Shown piece by piece: positions 1 through 13,050 of a stretch of 64,000 nt of DNA. The stretch is from positions 2,108,001 through 2,172,000 of the forward strand of contig CM052849.1 in assembly GCA_028534125.1 (NCBI GenBank). The letters run 5' to 3'. The notes under the pieces were generated by a model that searched no databases, was not told the origin of the DNA, and saw only the letters and a program-made list of their open reading frames with translations. Position numbers and translations under genes: made by a program. Within the stretch, counting starts at the first letter, position 1. Each line of letters begins with the position of its first letter. This DNA comes from Lama glama. Taxonomy: Eukaryota.

Positions 1-709
1 GTGCCTCCCTCCTGAAGCCCTCCATCCCCAAGGGAGGCTGTACCGCCTGTCACTAGGCGAAGAGCACAGCATGGATGGGTGAGGGGTGGTACCGGGCTCA
101 ACAGCCCCAGAGAGGCAGCCTTGGCTCCCTTCTGCCCCAGGACACGGCCATGGGAGCCCCGGGCCCATCTAGACAAGTGAATAACCTAGAGTTCACTACC
201 TAGAGTTCACGCTGGTCCCAGGGCTCCCGTGCTTTCCTACCTGGCCAGGCGTGTGGTGCAGCAGGCTGGGCAGGGGTGGGAGCACTGGAGGACTCCTGTC
301 CTGCTGCACACACCTCATCTATGGGCACCGCATGGCTCCCACTCTAGCCTGGGCTGACCCTACAGGCAAGGGGCTTGTCCTCATTGTTCCTACAGAACCC
401 TGCTCTTCTCCAGAAACAACCAGGGGCCTGTGGGGGGGCGGCCAGAATCCTGGGAGGGCCGCACCCCCCAACCTGGGACTCACTCCCCATCAGGGTAGTT
501 GTAAGAGGGACAACGGGGAACCCCCTCCACCTCACATCCCAGATGGCCCCAAGCCTGATGGGGAGGCCAGGCACTCTGAGGACTCGCAGAGGTCCCCGCA
601 GGCCCCAGAGACCAGAGTGGGGTCAGACACCCAGCAGAACTTGCCCACGGGCCAGTGTGAGAGGCTGCTGCCCCATTGAGCTCCCAGCCCAGCTCCCCCA
701 GCTGCCCAC

Positions 710-878
710 CTTCTCTCTCTGGATGTCACTCTTGATCTGGGAAATCTTCATCTTCATGGCATCCAGCTCCTCATCCAGCACCAGGGGGATGTTGGGCGCA
801 GCCTCCGACTCGTCCACCGTCTGGAAGCTGAGATCCGTGAGCGGGATGTACCACTTGCAGTCGTACTGCTGGGTTTTG
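710..878 (-). CDS. BCR: BCR exon 10 (169 nt): KTQQYDCKWYIPLTDLSFQTVDESEAAPNIPLVLDEELDAMKMKISQIKSDIQREK (PH domain)
   Basis: ccccactcag|C AAA ACC acceptor (phase 2), AAG|gtgggc donor. The gene continues beyond position 1. Confidence 0.97.
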
Positions 879-1517
879 CTGAGTGGGGGAAGGGATGCAT
901 TAACAGGCTGACCACCTTTGCTAAGTCACTGCTTTCAAGTCTGGGAACCCTTAAGTTCACACCCAGGCAGTTTACCCAAACTTCAAACCCTGCTTGTCCC
1001 CAGGACAGGCTGGGATGAGACCACAGGCAGACACTGGTGACCCAGCCTTGATGACCCTTGGGAAGGAGCACTGTGCACGTGTGACCCAGGTCCCGGGGGT
1101 CTGACAAGCCCTCACCCACCCTACCCTGTGCTGGCAGTGGTGGCTCACCCCTGATGTGGGACAGCATCGAGGCACCAATCCACCCGGTGTAACCCCTCCC
1201 TCGACAGGTGGGGAAACCAAGGCTCTCTCCCGATAAATCCAGGCAGCACAGCAGAACGGGGTGAAGGGCCCAGTTCTGGTCCTTCCCCACATGACCGTCT
1301 TTCCTCAGTTCCAGCCCCTGCAACCTGGGTGGTCTGATCCCTGGAGGGACTGGGTGGGGTCTGCAGGCCAATGCTGAGAATGACTTATAAGCCACCCGGG
1401 TCTTGGGGAGACAGAGCGCATCTAGTGATGCCTGCTGACGGCAGAGGAGGGCAGCTACCCTCCACTCCCCACCTGCACCAGACCTTGCAGCCCCCTGACC
1501 TGCCACCACTCCCTTGA

Positions 1518-2017
1518 NNNNNNNNNNNNNNNNNNNNNNNNNNNNNNNNNNNNNNNNNNNNNNNNNNNNNNNNNNNNNNNNNNNNNNNNNNNNNNNNNNN
1601 NNNNNNNNNNNNNNNNNNNNNNNNNNNNNNNNNNNNNNNNNNNNNNNNNNNNNNNNNNNNNNNNNNNNNNNNNNNNNNNNNNNNNNNNNNNNNNNNNNNN
1701 NNNNNNNNNNNNNNNNNNNNNNNNNNNNNNNNNNNNNNNNNNNNNNNNNNNNNNNNNNNNNNNNNNNNNNNNNNNNNNNNNNNNNNNNNNNNNNNNNNNN
1801 NNNNNNNNNNNNNNNNNNNNNNNNNNNNNNNNNNNNNNNNNNNNNNNNNNNNNNNNNNNNNNNNNNNNNNNNNNNNNNNNNNNNNNNNNNNNNNNNNNNN
1901 NNNNNNNNNNNNNNNNNNNNNNNNNNNNNNNNNNNNNNNNNNNNNNNNNNNNNNNNNNNNNNNNNNNNNNNNNNNNNNNNNNNNNNNNNNNNNNNNNNNN
2001 NNNNNNNNNNNNNNNNN
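1518..2017. other. Assembly gap (500 N), probably containing BCR exon 9
   Basis: Round-number N run. Exon 9 peptide (HRQLLKDSFMVELVEG...) not found elsewhere between exons 8 and 10. Confidence 0.9.
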
Positions 2018-2156
2018 CCCCAGGCCCCAGGACGTCCCAGGTCTGGGGCACTCTGTCAAGGCTGGGCTGGGCACCACACTGTCTCTAGCCACAGCCCCCA
2101 GACCCCTGTCCCCCAGGCCCCAGGACATCCCAGGTCTGGGGCACTCTCTCAAGGCT
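2018..2156. repeat. 93-bp-period tandem repeat (about 1.5 units visible) running into the gap
   Basis: caggccccaggac(g/a)tcccaggtctggggcactct(g/c)tcaaggct starts at 2021 and again at 2114. Confidence 0.85.
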
Positions 2157-4699
2157 AGTGGTTCCACCTGGTACACAGCCTGGGACCCTGACCCCTGGCA
2201 GATGCCTCCTTCTGGCTCAAAGAGGCAGGGAGCGGAGGTCCAATAGTGGGTCAGTATGAGGCCCTGCGAGGGGCCACTCTGCCCTCTGAGGAGGGGTCTG
2301 GAGAGGCTGCTGGACCATGAGGCCATCACCTGGCCACCCCTCCATCATCCTGGGCCCCTGATCTGACCTGGGGCCTACGGGGATGCCTGTCAGCCCGGTC
2401 TCGTCTGTCAGCCTCCAAGGACCAGGGCTGGGGGGAGGCCTATGCCTGCCCAGGAGACGACCCTCTCAGACACACCCACTAGCCCCGTCCCCAGGCTCTC
2501 AGGACTGGCATTGACTTGGCCCATCAGGTCCTCCTGGAGTCATAGGCCAGAGCAGGGCTCAGCCCCAGGCACCCAGAGATATGCTCTAAAGATGGTCTGA
2601 GGTCACAAGACTATTCCTTTGACTAATAGTCTCACTAGAACAAACAGCCCCAGGTGGAGCCGTAGGAGGAGAGAGAGAGGCCCAGGACTCTGCTGGACCC
2701 CAGGACAGGGCGGTCTGAGGGGCAGTGACTTATAATTGCTGGCTGGCTGGGAGTGCCTGATTGATGGGTGGTCTGCCTCTGGAATGGCCGTGGGGCATGC
2801 GTGGGGGCACCTGCCTGCATCCTGGACTAGTCACCATCTATTCCCTGAATGGAGAGCTCTGAAGGAAAGTGAGGGCGAGTCAGACTCACGACCTTTAAGG
2901 GCCATTGACCCTCCTCCCCCTTTCATGGCTGAAACACTCCAGTGACCCCTGGAGGAGCAAACATCATAGGCCAACAGGGCCAGATGCTGGCGGGGGTGGG
3001 GAGGCCCAGGTAGAGACCCCTGCCCGCATGAAGCACTGGCCCCTACACACCTCCCGCTCAGACGCCCTGGGGCCCCGACCCCGTCCTTGCAGGGACAAGG
3101 CCCTGGCTGCCAGCTGCCAGGAGACATCCGATCTTCCTCAGTTCCCCAAGGCAGCTGCTGCCAATGATCGGAACAGCAAGAAGGCGCTTCTCCTGGGACC
3201 CTAACTGGCAGTGGGAGGTCTGGGTAGGCTAGGCAGCACATGAGAGGCTGAGGGGAAAAGGACTTGCACGGCGGCTTCCCAGGAGTTCAGTGCTCCCATA
3301 AAAGGACAGTCAGCAAGGGAGAGAGAGCAGGTGTCCCAGTGGGGGACACTGAGCCGCATGAACCCGGTGGGGACGGGAGTCTCAGCAGAAGCAAATCTCA
3401 CGTTCACGTCCACGTCCAGTGAGACTGTGTGAACTGCTCACGAGGGAGGCCAAGGCTTTGCTCCTCCCATGTCCCGGAACCAGGACCGTGGGGTGGGGGA
3501 CCTCAGGCCCCACTGTTGCTCCAGGAAAGGAGACCTGAACCCCAGCTCTGAACCCCAGCTCTCCTCAGGTTCCAGCCATCACAACCGGGTGGGGAGCCCC
3601 TGGGACGTGCTGGGGACACATGCCTGCCTCCCACGAATCAGAGACTCAGGAGCTAACACACACAGCCAGGGCTGCTGCCTGTGCTGCTGGTGGGGCTTCT
3701 CCCGGAAACCGTGCCCCGTTGGGTGCCAGGCACCCAATGCAGTGTTTCCACTCTGCCAGAAAGGAAAGGAACAGGCTCGGGGTGGGAGAGCACAGGTGCC
3801 AGACTGCCTGGCAGGCGAGTATGTGGCGATGCAGGGATGGGATCCCCAAATCGGCCCTTCCTGGGCCAGGACCCCCGGGGAACTTAACCATGAAGCTTGC
3901 TCTCTGTTAAGCCTGCAGAGGATCTGGGGCAGCCTTGGCACCGAGCATCTGGCACATGAACTAGAAGAGGAGGAAGTGGCTCTGAGTGGCAGCTACAGTC
4001 AGGCTCACTGCCAGCTTGTGTGTTGCTGGGCTGTAGGGCTCCCCTTGCCCTGGCACCGCTCCAACACAGGAGGCCCACGCTGGACGCCAGCTCCCTGACT
4101 GCACACCTCTGCGTCTCACTGTGCACTGCTTGGCACCAGGCTGGGTCCCTCCCGGAAAGGGGCTGATGTGGCAGGGGTGGGGTCTGAGACCCTCTGTTCC
4201 ACACCCTCTCATCTGCAATGGGCATGGAGATGGAGACCAGGAGGGGCTGTCAGCCAGGGACGGAGGAGAGGAAGGAGAGCCTTCCTGGTGGAAGATGCCT
4301 GCCACGTCCTCCATCTGTTCTCCCATCAGACAAAGCACGCATCCCTTCACTGCTTCCCCTTCAAAATCCTTACATACCGTTAAAGTGTTTTGTAACAAAA
4401 ACACTAGAGGGAACTGAATGGATCCCAGGCAGATAAATGTCACCCTCCTCCTCACCTGGCTCCTCAGCTGGGGACCCTGAATTGGTGAGGGTGTGGGGAA
4501 AAGCCGGGGACCCGGGACATACTGGCCACAACGGAGAGAGGTGGTCAAGTGAGGCCCCTGCCCCTGCAACTCCACCTTGACGCCCTGTATGCCAGCCTGC
4601 GCTCACCAGGGTCCAGGGCCCCAAAGGCCAGGCATTTCCATGTTGGGCTGAGCTGCCGTGACACAGTGGGTCCCCCCACAATCGACTCCACATGCTCAC

Positions 4700-4840
4700 C
4701 TCCCCCTTCTTCACGGTCATGGACTGCCGGCGGGGTGTGATCTCCTCGTTGATGCTGGACAGGAAGTTCTGCGAGATTCGGAGGGCGTCCTGCAGCAAAG
4801 GGTAGTCGGGGTGGCTGGACGGAGTGTGTTTCAGCAAGTC
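4700..4840 (-). CDS. BCR: BCR exon 8 (141 nt): [47 protein letters not shown] (end of DH domain)
   Basis: gatgcag|GAC acceptor, GAG|gtgagc donor, phase 0/0. Confidence 0.98.
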
Positions 4841-5351
4841 CTGCATCGGGCGAAGGGCTCGACTCAGCACAGCCCCAGCACCCACTGCCATGAGAGCCGT
4901 AGACGCGCTGGGCGTGACCCGGGCCACCATCTCTCAGGATGGCCGAGGCTGTGTGGGCAGTGCTCGTGCAAGGACCATTCCGGGAGCAGGTCCCAAATGG
5001 GGACCCACAAACCTAGGCTGTTTGCCTGCTGCCAAAAGGGGCTCTCCACCTGGGCACCAGCCGCGTGCCTGGCGGGGCAACTCTGGTGGGGGCTGTCCCC
5101 TGCACGGTGGGATGTTGGTACACTCCTTGGCCTCTGCCCACTTGACGCCAGTGGTACCTTGTGACAAGCAGGAGTGTCTGCAGACACTGCCGCATGTCGC
5201 CTGGGGCAGAACCGGACCTAGCCCACTGGTCTGTGCGAGGTCAGGAGAAAGCCCCCGAGCTTCCCGCTCTTCCTCCCCTGCAAGGTGACGGCTCCCTGCT
5301 TCAGAGAAACAAAACCCTCTCAGCTCTCAGTCTTACAGCAAAGAGAACCCA

Positions 5352-5396
5352 GGGAGACGAAACAAGTTTGGGGGAGACGAAACAAGTTTGGGGGAG
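5352..5396. repeat. Perfect 20-bp tandem duplication (gggagacgaaacaagtttgg x2)
   Basis: Direct reading of the sequence. Confidence 0.9.
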
Positions 5397-6448
5397 GCTC
5401 TGGGATCGGGGGTCCCAGGCCAGCCTCCCCACTCTGCTCCCAGTAGCTTCAGCTCCCTTCTGCCAGGCCTGGGCTCATCACAGAGAGGGGACAGAATAAG
5501 GGTCTCGGGGACTTGGATGGGCCACCTGCCGGAGCCTCCCACAAAGTAACTCTCAACTCCTCTCCCTGCGTCCAGGAACCGTCAGTCGGAGGTAAGATGT
5601 GAAACGTACACCGGACGGGAGACCATGCAGTTTAAGAACAAACGAGGCAGAGCCATCTGGGTCCAAATGAGACAACTGTCACGATATAACTTTAAGGGGA
5701 AAAAAGCCACGTGTGGGATGGTATGCTCAGCACAATGCCGTCTGAGTGGTTAAGCAGATGTCACACGTGGCGGCATAAAGATCTCTGTGGTGGCGGCTCC
5801 TTTGTGGGGAGCAAAAAGTAGAGGAAATGGAAACTTCATACACTTCTGCAACTTGGCTGTACAGTTTTAAAAAACGCCCACAGAAGGCTTGCTCTAAATA
5901 CAAATGAATAGGGCAGTAGAATTGGGGGCCATATTTTTTCTCAGTATTAAGACGTTCCCTTAATGCTGTGACTCGCCCTGTGCCTTCAGGGGCAGCCCCA
6001 CCGGGCGCGGCCCCCTCACCCACCTTCTCCCGGCGGGGAGGATGTAGTCCAACCATAGCCCCAGGACGCACCCACACCCATGCCCCAACCTGTCCACCTT
6101 AGCTCACGTGCTGAGACCCCCACCCCCACCTCAGGAGCTTCTCCATCTGTGAGCTCCTGCCCATGTGGGAAGGGATGCTCTCAACCTGTTCCTGCCCACG
6201 TGATAGCACTGGGAACACCTGGAGAGCCTGCTGTGGCCCCCCACTGCCGCCCCCAGGAGCAATGGCCAAGGTGCCTCACTTCTGCATTCTCAATAAAGGT
6301 GAGTTGCAGAAAAGCGGGGGAGGTGAGCAAAACTGACAGACATCAGGGTCAGCCCCAGGACAGAAGCCAAGAACCGCAGGGCGAGAAGGCCCGGGGCCCG
6401 AGGGTAGTGAGGCTGTTGTCCTGGGAGGGCGTAGGCTGAGGGACTCAC

Positions 6449-6501
6449 ATGCAGGACCAGCGTGCTCCGCGTCACCCGGTCCACAGGCTTGTAAAGAAGG
6501 G
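6449..6501 (-). CDS. BCR: BCR exon 7 (53 nt): (T)LLYKPVDRVTRSTLVLH
   Basis: tctctccacag|CC acceptor completes the A|CC codon. CAT|gtgagt donor. Confidence 0.97.
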
Positions 6502-7626
6502 CTGTGGAGAGACAGGCAGAGTGAGAGATGCTGGCCGTGGAGAAGGGACTGCCCGCCTGCCCACCCTCACTGCAGAGCCAACCTCCATATCCCCTCTGCT
6601 CCGCGACAAGGTTGAACCCAACATGCTGGAAGGCTGGGGACACAGCTGTGAGCTTTCAGTCTGTGACCATGAAGGACCCAGGGCTGCTGACCAGAACTGG
6701 AAGCTGCAGGGCTGACTCAGTAAAAAGCATTAAAAGGGCTCAGTGTTGACGACCTTCCTGCCTAGGGTCACGCAGCTGGCCAGCACCCTGGTGAGGACGG
6801 GGCACTGAGGGTTCGGGGGGTGAGGGCTGCAGACCAGCACACTGGATCCAAGCCTGATACTAAGACAGGGCTCTTGGCTTTCCAGGTGTTTTCACACACC
6901 CAGACGCCAGCAGCATGGAACTCCCCCACTTCTGCACAGTGGGCACAGCCCATCACAGCACAGGCGCTCAGGTGTGTTCTGAGATGTCAGGTGCAAGTGT
7001 GCCTCTGACTCCCATGACTAGTGCAGGGCGTGCACTTTTACCCCCATCTTACGGGGAAGCCGGCTCAAAGTGTGGTGAAGCTCTGGGCACTGGACCACGT
7101 CTGCTGTTCTCTGTGAGCGTGACTGTTCCTGAGACCCTAACAGCCAGAAGTGAGAGAGAAGTGCCTTCCAGCTCCTGAGCCAAGTCTGTGCCCCGAGGCG
7201 GGGGGTGGACGAGGCCTGGGAGCCTGACAACTTGTGCCTGACCGCTGCCAAGCCACTCAGGGCCTGTGTTCTACACGGTAATTTCCACTCTAAATGTTCC
7301 ATCACCTGAAAGGAAGGAAGATAAAATCCTCCTGCAGGGCCATTGGGACAGTGTGATGACATCTTAAATGCTGGCAGTGCCTGCTTTGTGGGCATCTGGT
7401 AACTCCTACCGTTCTTCCCAGTTGCCCTCATTGGTGGCAATATGGTCCCAACCACGTCCCTCCCCACCCAGCCCAGCGCTGCTCCCTCCTCAGCCCCGCT
7501 CTCACTACTGCAAGTCTGGAGCAGCAGAGGGGCCCGAGGGGGACCTGGCTGGATGCCGCGCCTGCCGTCCCAGCAAACGCCCTGTCTGCTGGCGGCAGCC
7601 ACTCCCAAGGGACATGGAGAACTCAC

Positions 7627-7687
7627 TTTCCAAAGAGTTCTTGGTCATCTGGTCCTTGGCATCCTTGTTGCTTCTGGCTCTCAGGTT
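7627..7687 (-). CDS. BCR: BCR exon 6 (61 nt): NLRARSNKDAKDQMTKNSLE
   Basis: ttttctctttgcag|AAC acceptor, GAA A|gtgagt donor (phase 1). Confidence 0.97.
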
Positions 7688-7869
7688 CTGCAAAGAGAAA
7701 AGTGCATTTTCAGAGGGGACGAACCAAGCAGCTCTGAAAATGCCAGTTCATGCTCAGGAACTTTCAGCAAAATTTCACCACTGAGCACCCTAGATGTGGG
7801 AAAACCTCAGGGGCATGTCTGGGCCACAGTGTGAGCACACAGCATACCATGGACGCCGTGGTTCACCTG

Positions 7870-8068
7870 GGGTGGCTTCTCAGCCTCGGCGTTGCTGCCA
7901 TCACAGCAGAAACTGTCTATTGAGAGGGCCTGTCCTGCGCACCTGGGACGTTGAGCATCGTCCTGTGGGTGCAGTGGCACCCCGTCTTTCTACCATGACA
8001 ACCAAAAGTGTCCCCGGGCACTGCTAAATGTCTCCAGGGGACAAAACAGCCCTGGTTGAGAACTGGAA
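7870..8068. mobile_element. MER20-like hAT MITE
   Basis: ttctcagcct...gacaaccaaaagtgtccc...ctaaatgtctccaggggacaaaa...cctggttgagaac. Confidence 0.7.
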
Positions 8069-10494
8069 TAGAAGAACCTGCAAATGGAAGCAACCTGCAG
8101 TGCCCCTCCTGGATGCATGGAACAGCTTTCTCGGAGCAGTTAAACAGCGTGCAGGGGCTGCTGGGTTGGAGGAACACTTGGGCTGAAGCCGCCAGGGCGG
8201 GCCGCCAGCGGGGCTGTGCCTCCACCCAGCCTCTCCTGACTTCGCAAATGTCCTTGCTAAGAAACAAAGGTGCTGGATTCCAGGAATGAGCAGAGCTTTC
8301 TAGTGGGTAGGTCAGGTTTCAACACAACTGCGTCAAAGGCATCACTGATTTGGTCCAAGGTACCAAGAGAAATATGGATCAAAGGTCCCTGTGTGCCTGA
8401 AACAGTCTCTGGAAAGAAGCTGTGGTAAATCCCAGCACTGGGCTTTTGAACAAAAAAAACAGCACAGGGGCGGGAAGGGGCCTGGAGATGGCTTCCCCCA
8501 CCTCACAGGCTGCAGGAAACCTCTTGGGACTGAAAAACACACAGGGGCCAAACTCCTAACGCCCCCTTGGTGCCTCTCCTGAGAGTTTAGCGACCCTCAG
8601 TGTGACTCCTCCATCCGTCCACCTGAGCAGCTCCCAGAGGGTGAGTGGCGGGGCAGGAGGTGTGAGAGCTCAACTCTGCAAAAATCAGGTGCCGCTCACG
8701 TGAGCTCGGGCAGCAGCGAGACACCAAGTGCCCCTGTAAGGCGAGATGCTAGTGGGTACCTTGAGCATCTTGGGCTCCAGGAAGCCTGCCTCAAGGAAAC
8801 ATACAATCCAGTTTAACCCCACATTTCCCAAACCTCCTTGACTCTAGAAGCCCTTTTCATACGGTTCCTGTGATCTACCGTCTGGAGAGCTCACGCTCAC
8901 GGAACCCAGGTGGGGCCTCCAGTCTGACCGGATGCTGCCACACCCCCATTTCTTAGGCCTGGTCCTGGGAGACATGAAGGACCACTGCTCCACCCCTGCC
9001 TGTCCTTGGAAGTGGACGTCCAGAGCCTATGGCTGACCTCTGGCCCCCCAGAGTGCACCCCCAACACCTCTACACAGCCTGCTGCCTGTTTCCCTTTGGG
9101 TCATTTCACTGTCTGTGTGACTCTCATTTTTTAGATCGTTTTTGAAATGTGCATGGGAGAACCACAGTAGACACAGCCGATGGTATAAGCTCCATGGAGG
9201 GCTGGCTTCTGGCTGCCCCAAACGCCGTCCTGCTGCCTGTGTGTGGGCTTTGGCTCAGTTCCCACCTGTGCGTGGTCGGCAGGACCACGCGACCCCCTGG
9301 TGGAGCCCTAACATTGCTTCCTCCCTCCTCTGCAGAAACCTGTCAGGTGGATATGAACTTGGCCCCGTTCAACCGTAGCCTGATCTTAAAGAACTAGGTC
9401 TCTAGTTTGTCAAGGTCACTCGGGACTCTGCACACGCATTCCAGCTGTTAGGGGGGTGAGGTTGCTAGTTTAATGAGCTAAAGAGACAAACAGACCCAAC
9501 ACTCCAGGCAAAAGGGGCAGCTGCAGAGGGGGCGTGGAGCCAGACAGCAGCCCTGGACGTGCGCAGCCCATCACCGCAATGCCAGGTGGGGAGCAGGGCG
9601 CCCACGGGCTCGGGGTGGGGGACGAGGGGGATGGCAAGGCACACGTCATCACTGTGGGAGACGTCAGTGCCAGGACCCAGAGGCCTGCCTCCCAGCATGA
9701 GCAGTATGGCATGGAGAAGAGCCCGGGGTGACAGTCGGGCACGATCATCTCCCAGTGAGGGACCCTCCCCCTACTTCTAGTTTCCCTTTCTCTTCCTAAA
9801 CTTGATTTCTTACTCAGAGGTCTTTCTACCCAGAATCCTTGTTTGGCTGGGAAGGCTTCCGAGGACAGGCCCAGGAGGAGGGAAGTGTCACCCAGTTGCT
9901 ATGCATAGACGCAAGAAAAGGCAGAGAGGGACGGACCCCGTCCTCTGCATCCAAGGGGCTCTTCGGAGGCCCCTGGTGCTAACACTCCAGGGCTTGAGGG
10001 TTCAGTCCTCCCAGGGCCGGAACGGTGCCCAGCCTGCAGCTCTCCCCCTAGGGTGGGTCTACAGAGCACACGACACCAGCCATACCCCCAGCGCCAACTG
10101 CAGGCCACAGAGGAGCAGAGATGGGCACCTTCCCACCAGCCCTCCAGGCACGAAGTGCAAAGTCGGCCTCAGGACTCAGGTGTTGAGACCCCTTGTTAAT
10201 GGGGCAGGACTACAGACACCCTGAACTGCAGAGGTGGTGCAAGAGAGCGTGTGTTGGGGGACAATGTGTCAGGGGGACAGAGTTGAGCCAGGTCCCTGGG
10301 GAGCCTCAGGCTGCTCCATCTGCTCAAAACAGCGTCCCCCGCCCGGGGCTGACGGTACCAACCCACAGGCATCCGGAAACAGAGCTGAAGTCTATATAAA
10401 AGTTTGGTGTGCCTTGTTCTCCTAGGTCACGACCAGCCCACAGCCCACCCGCGGGAGGTGGAGGGTGCACCTGTCTGAACAGCGTCACGCGTAC

Positions 10495-10602
10495 CTCGGA
10501 GATTTCTGCAAACTGAGCGTTGGCCTGACAGCACTTCTCGGCCGTTTCCATGGCAACTCCGTAGTTGTCCACAAAGGCCCGGTACACACCCAGCTGGCTG
10601 GC
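10495..10602 (-). CDS. BCR: BCR exon 5 (108 nt): ASQLGVYRAFVDNYGVAMETAEKCCQANAQFAEISE
   Basis: tttcctccccacctgcag|GCC acceptor, GAG|gtacgc donor. Confidence 0.98.
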
Positions 10603-12040
10603 CTGCAGGTGGGGAGGAAAAGAGTGTGGGACAGGTGCCACTGCTCTCCATCTCTCTGAGACACGGGCTCTGAGCACAGCTCTGGAGGAAGCCCAAGTGC
10701 AGCAGACCGTGCAGAGCTGCAGGAATGTCAGCTCCTCCGAGCAGCCGGGGCCTCCCGCCTGCACACCCCCCCACTGCCCCCACGCACTGAGCACGATTCC
10801 TCCTCCCGAAGCGACCTGTCGAGAAGTGACTCAGAGCCCCGGGTGGGTAGCAGTTCCTGTCTGCAGCTGCCTGGCCTCCCACTGCACTTGTTTAAACGGG
10901 GCCACCAGCAGCGGCTAAAGTTACGAGGATGCTAGTGAATTCAAATAAGTATGCCCAGCGGGTGGGACAGGGCGGCCCCTTCTCATCCCGGCCACAGGAG
11001 ACCTCAGTGGACCAGGAGGTGGGCCTGCCCCCGGCTGACGGGACTAGACTCCACTTGTGTCCGACCTCTTCAGACATGCAAGGAGCATGCGGTTTAGCTG
11101 CCTTGGAGAAGAGGGGCTCGCACTGCCCAGACACGACCCAGGCCCAGACCTGGCAAGGGGGCCCAGGTGTCACACCACACACCTGGCAAGTGGAAAACCT
11201 CCACTGCCGGCTGCAAGGTGAAAGGCATTTTCAACCAAAGGCATTAATGGAAGGTCTCCCCCCCTCAGCCGCCCGCTCCGACACACAGTTGAGTAAAGAA
11301 CCCCATGCAGGTGAGGGGTGTGCAGCCACCACCAGCACTGGCCGAGGTCACCTCCAGAGGCAGCCGGGGGACCCAGCCCTCACTGTGCAGCGGCAAACTC
11401 AGGCCTGGGGAGGGAATGGGGGACGCCCTGACCTGCTGGCCAGGCCTCCCCCTGCAGCTGACCTGGAGTGGGAGGCCTAAGCTGATACTGGTGTTTGTTC
11501 TGCCTCAAAACTAAATTCTATTTCTCCATGCATTTGCATTTATATCAAATTTTCTGCGTCTTCAGATGGCAATCCCAGATGCCCATGGCACTGTCTGGTC
11601 TTCTGGCCCTGCTCCCTGTGGGGGGCTGCACAGAGGGCCTGGGGGTGCGGAGAAAGCGCAGCAGCTGGAGGAAGCCCCCGCCCCTTGCCCCGACCACACT
11701 GAGCGCCCCAGACAAGCTGCTGCATCCGGAATGCCAGGTTCTCTATCACAGGGTGGGACTTCTCTCCCTCTCTCTCTCTCCCTCTCCCCTTCCCCCCACC
11801 CCCGGCACTGAGCGCCTCCCGCCAAAACAAGGAGCCTGCTCTGGGCACTGTCACCGCGAATCCCTCAGACACAATGTGGCTGGCCAACAGGAGAGACACG
11901 TGATACATAAGTAAAGAGAGACGTTAACATGGCAGATGGCTGAAAGGAGAGCGGGGGCTCCATACGATGGGGCTGCTTTAGATCATGTGGTCAGGGCAGC
12001 CTCTCCAAAGAGATGACGGCTCAGCTGAGTCCTGAGGGGA

Positions 12041-12404
12041 TGTTACTATTGAACTGTGTCCCCTTGAAATTCACCTGCTGAAGCCCTCACCCCAGCACCT
12101 CAGAATGTGCCTGTACTTGGAGATGGGCCTAAAGAGATGACTAGGTTAAAAGACACCGCTGGAGTGGGCGCTCATCCACTCTGACTGGTGCCCTTACAAG
12201 GAGAAGAGATTAGGACACAGACACAGAGGGACGACCACGTGAGACACAGGGAGACGACGGCCCTCTACACGCCAAGGAGAGGGGCCTCGGGAGAAACCGG
12301 CTCTGCAGACACCTTGATCTCAGACTTCCAGCCTCCAGAACCAGGAAGAAATAGGTCTCTGTTGTTGGAGAGGCTGGGACCGCCGCAGCCTTAGTAAACG
12401 AACA
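12041..12404 (+). mobile_element. MaLR solo LTR (MLT1A/B-like)
   Basis: gaactgtgtcccc...cctcagaatgtg...gacaccttgatctcagacttccagcctccagaac hallmark blocks. Confidence 0.8.
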
Positions 12405-12679
12405 CTGGGTCTTTGGGAGGAGAACCTCTTTCCTTACTTCTCCTGCTGCCTCTTCCAGGAGCTCACATCTTCCACGCAGCTTTTGAGGAGTTCCAAGCAA
12501 TTCATTCCCACTTTATTTTAGCTCATCAAAACCCAAGTTGCACTGACAGCAAGGCAAACGGAGATTACGTCGCCCCTCCCCAGCACCCCCTCCGCCATGG
12601 GAGGCACTGGGAGGACACAGCATCACTGCGGTGGGTGGCTGATCTTTTTTCCCATCAGAGACGCAGAACCTGAATCTAT

Positions 12680-13050
12680 TCCTGAAGAAACGTCAGGCCC
12701 AAACTGCACCCGTTAAAAAAGACATCCAGGTCGTGGAAAACCAGCAAAGGCCAAGGAACCGGTGCAGATAAAGGGAAACTAGAGACGTGACAACCACATA
12801 CGTCTCATGACCTGGACTGGATCCTGACTCAAAAGGAAAATGGCTCCAAAGAACACGATGGCTAACTTGGGAGACACAAGGAAGAAGCACATATTAAATG
12901 ATACGCAACTGTGCACCACATGTAAAGGAGAGAAAAAGATAACAGTTAAAAAGGGTGGCAAAATGTTACAACCGGTGTATCCAGCACATGGAGTTCTTCC
13001 CGCTATTCCTATAACAACTTGGGAAGTCTGAAATGATTAAAAACAAAAAA
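12680..13050 (+). mobile_element. L1MC-like 3' fragment
   Basis: cctggactggatcctg...ggagttcttcccgctattcctataac...gtctgaaatgatt then an A-rich end. Confidence 0.55.

Noticed and set aside
1385-2329. Long ORFs spanning the N runs (also 47667-48220)
   Set aside because: Artefacts of translating N as X.
184-3562. Short tandem duplications (14 bp at 184-210; 13 bp at 3535-3562)
   Set aside because: Ordinary slippage duplications with two units and no spacers; not an array or CRISPR-like structure.
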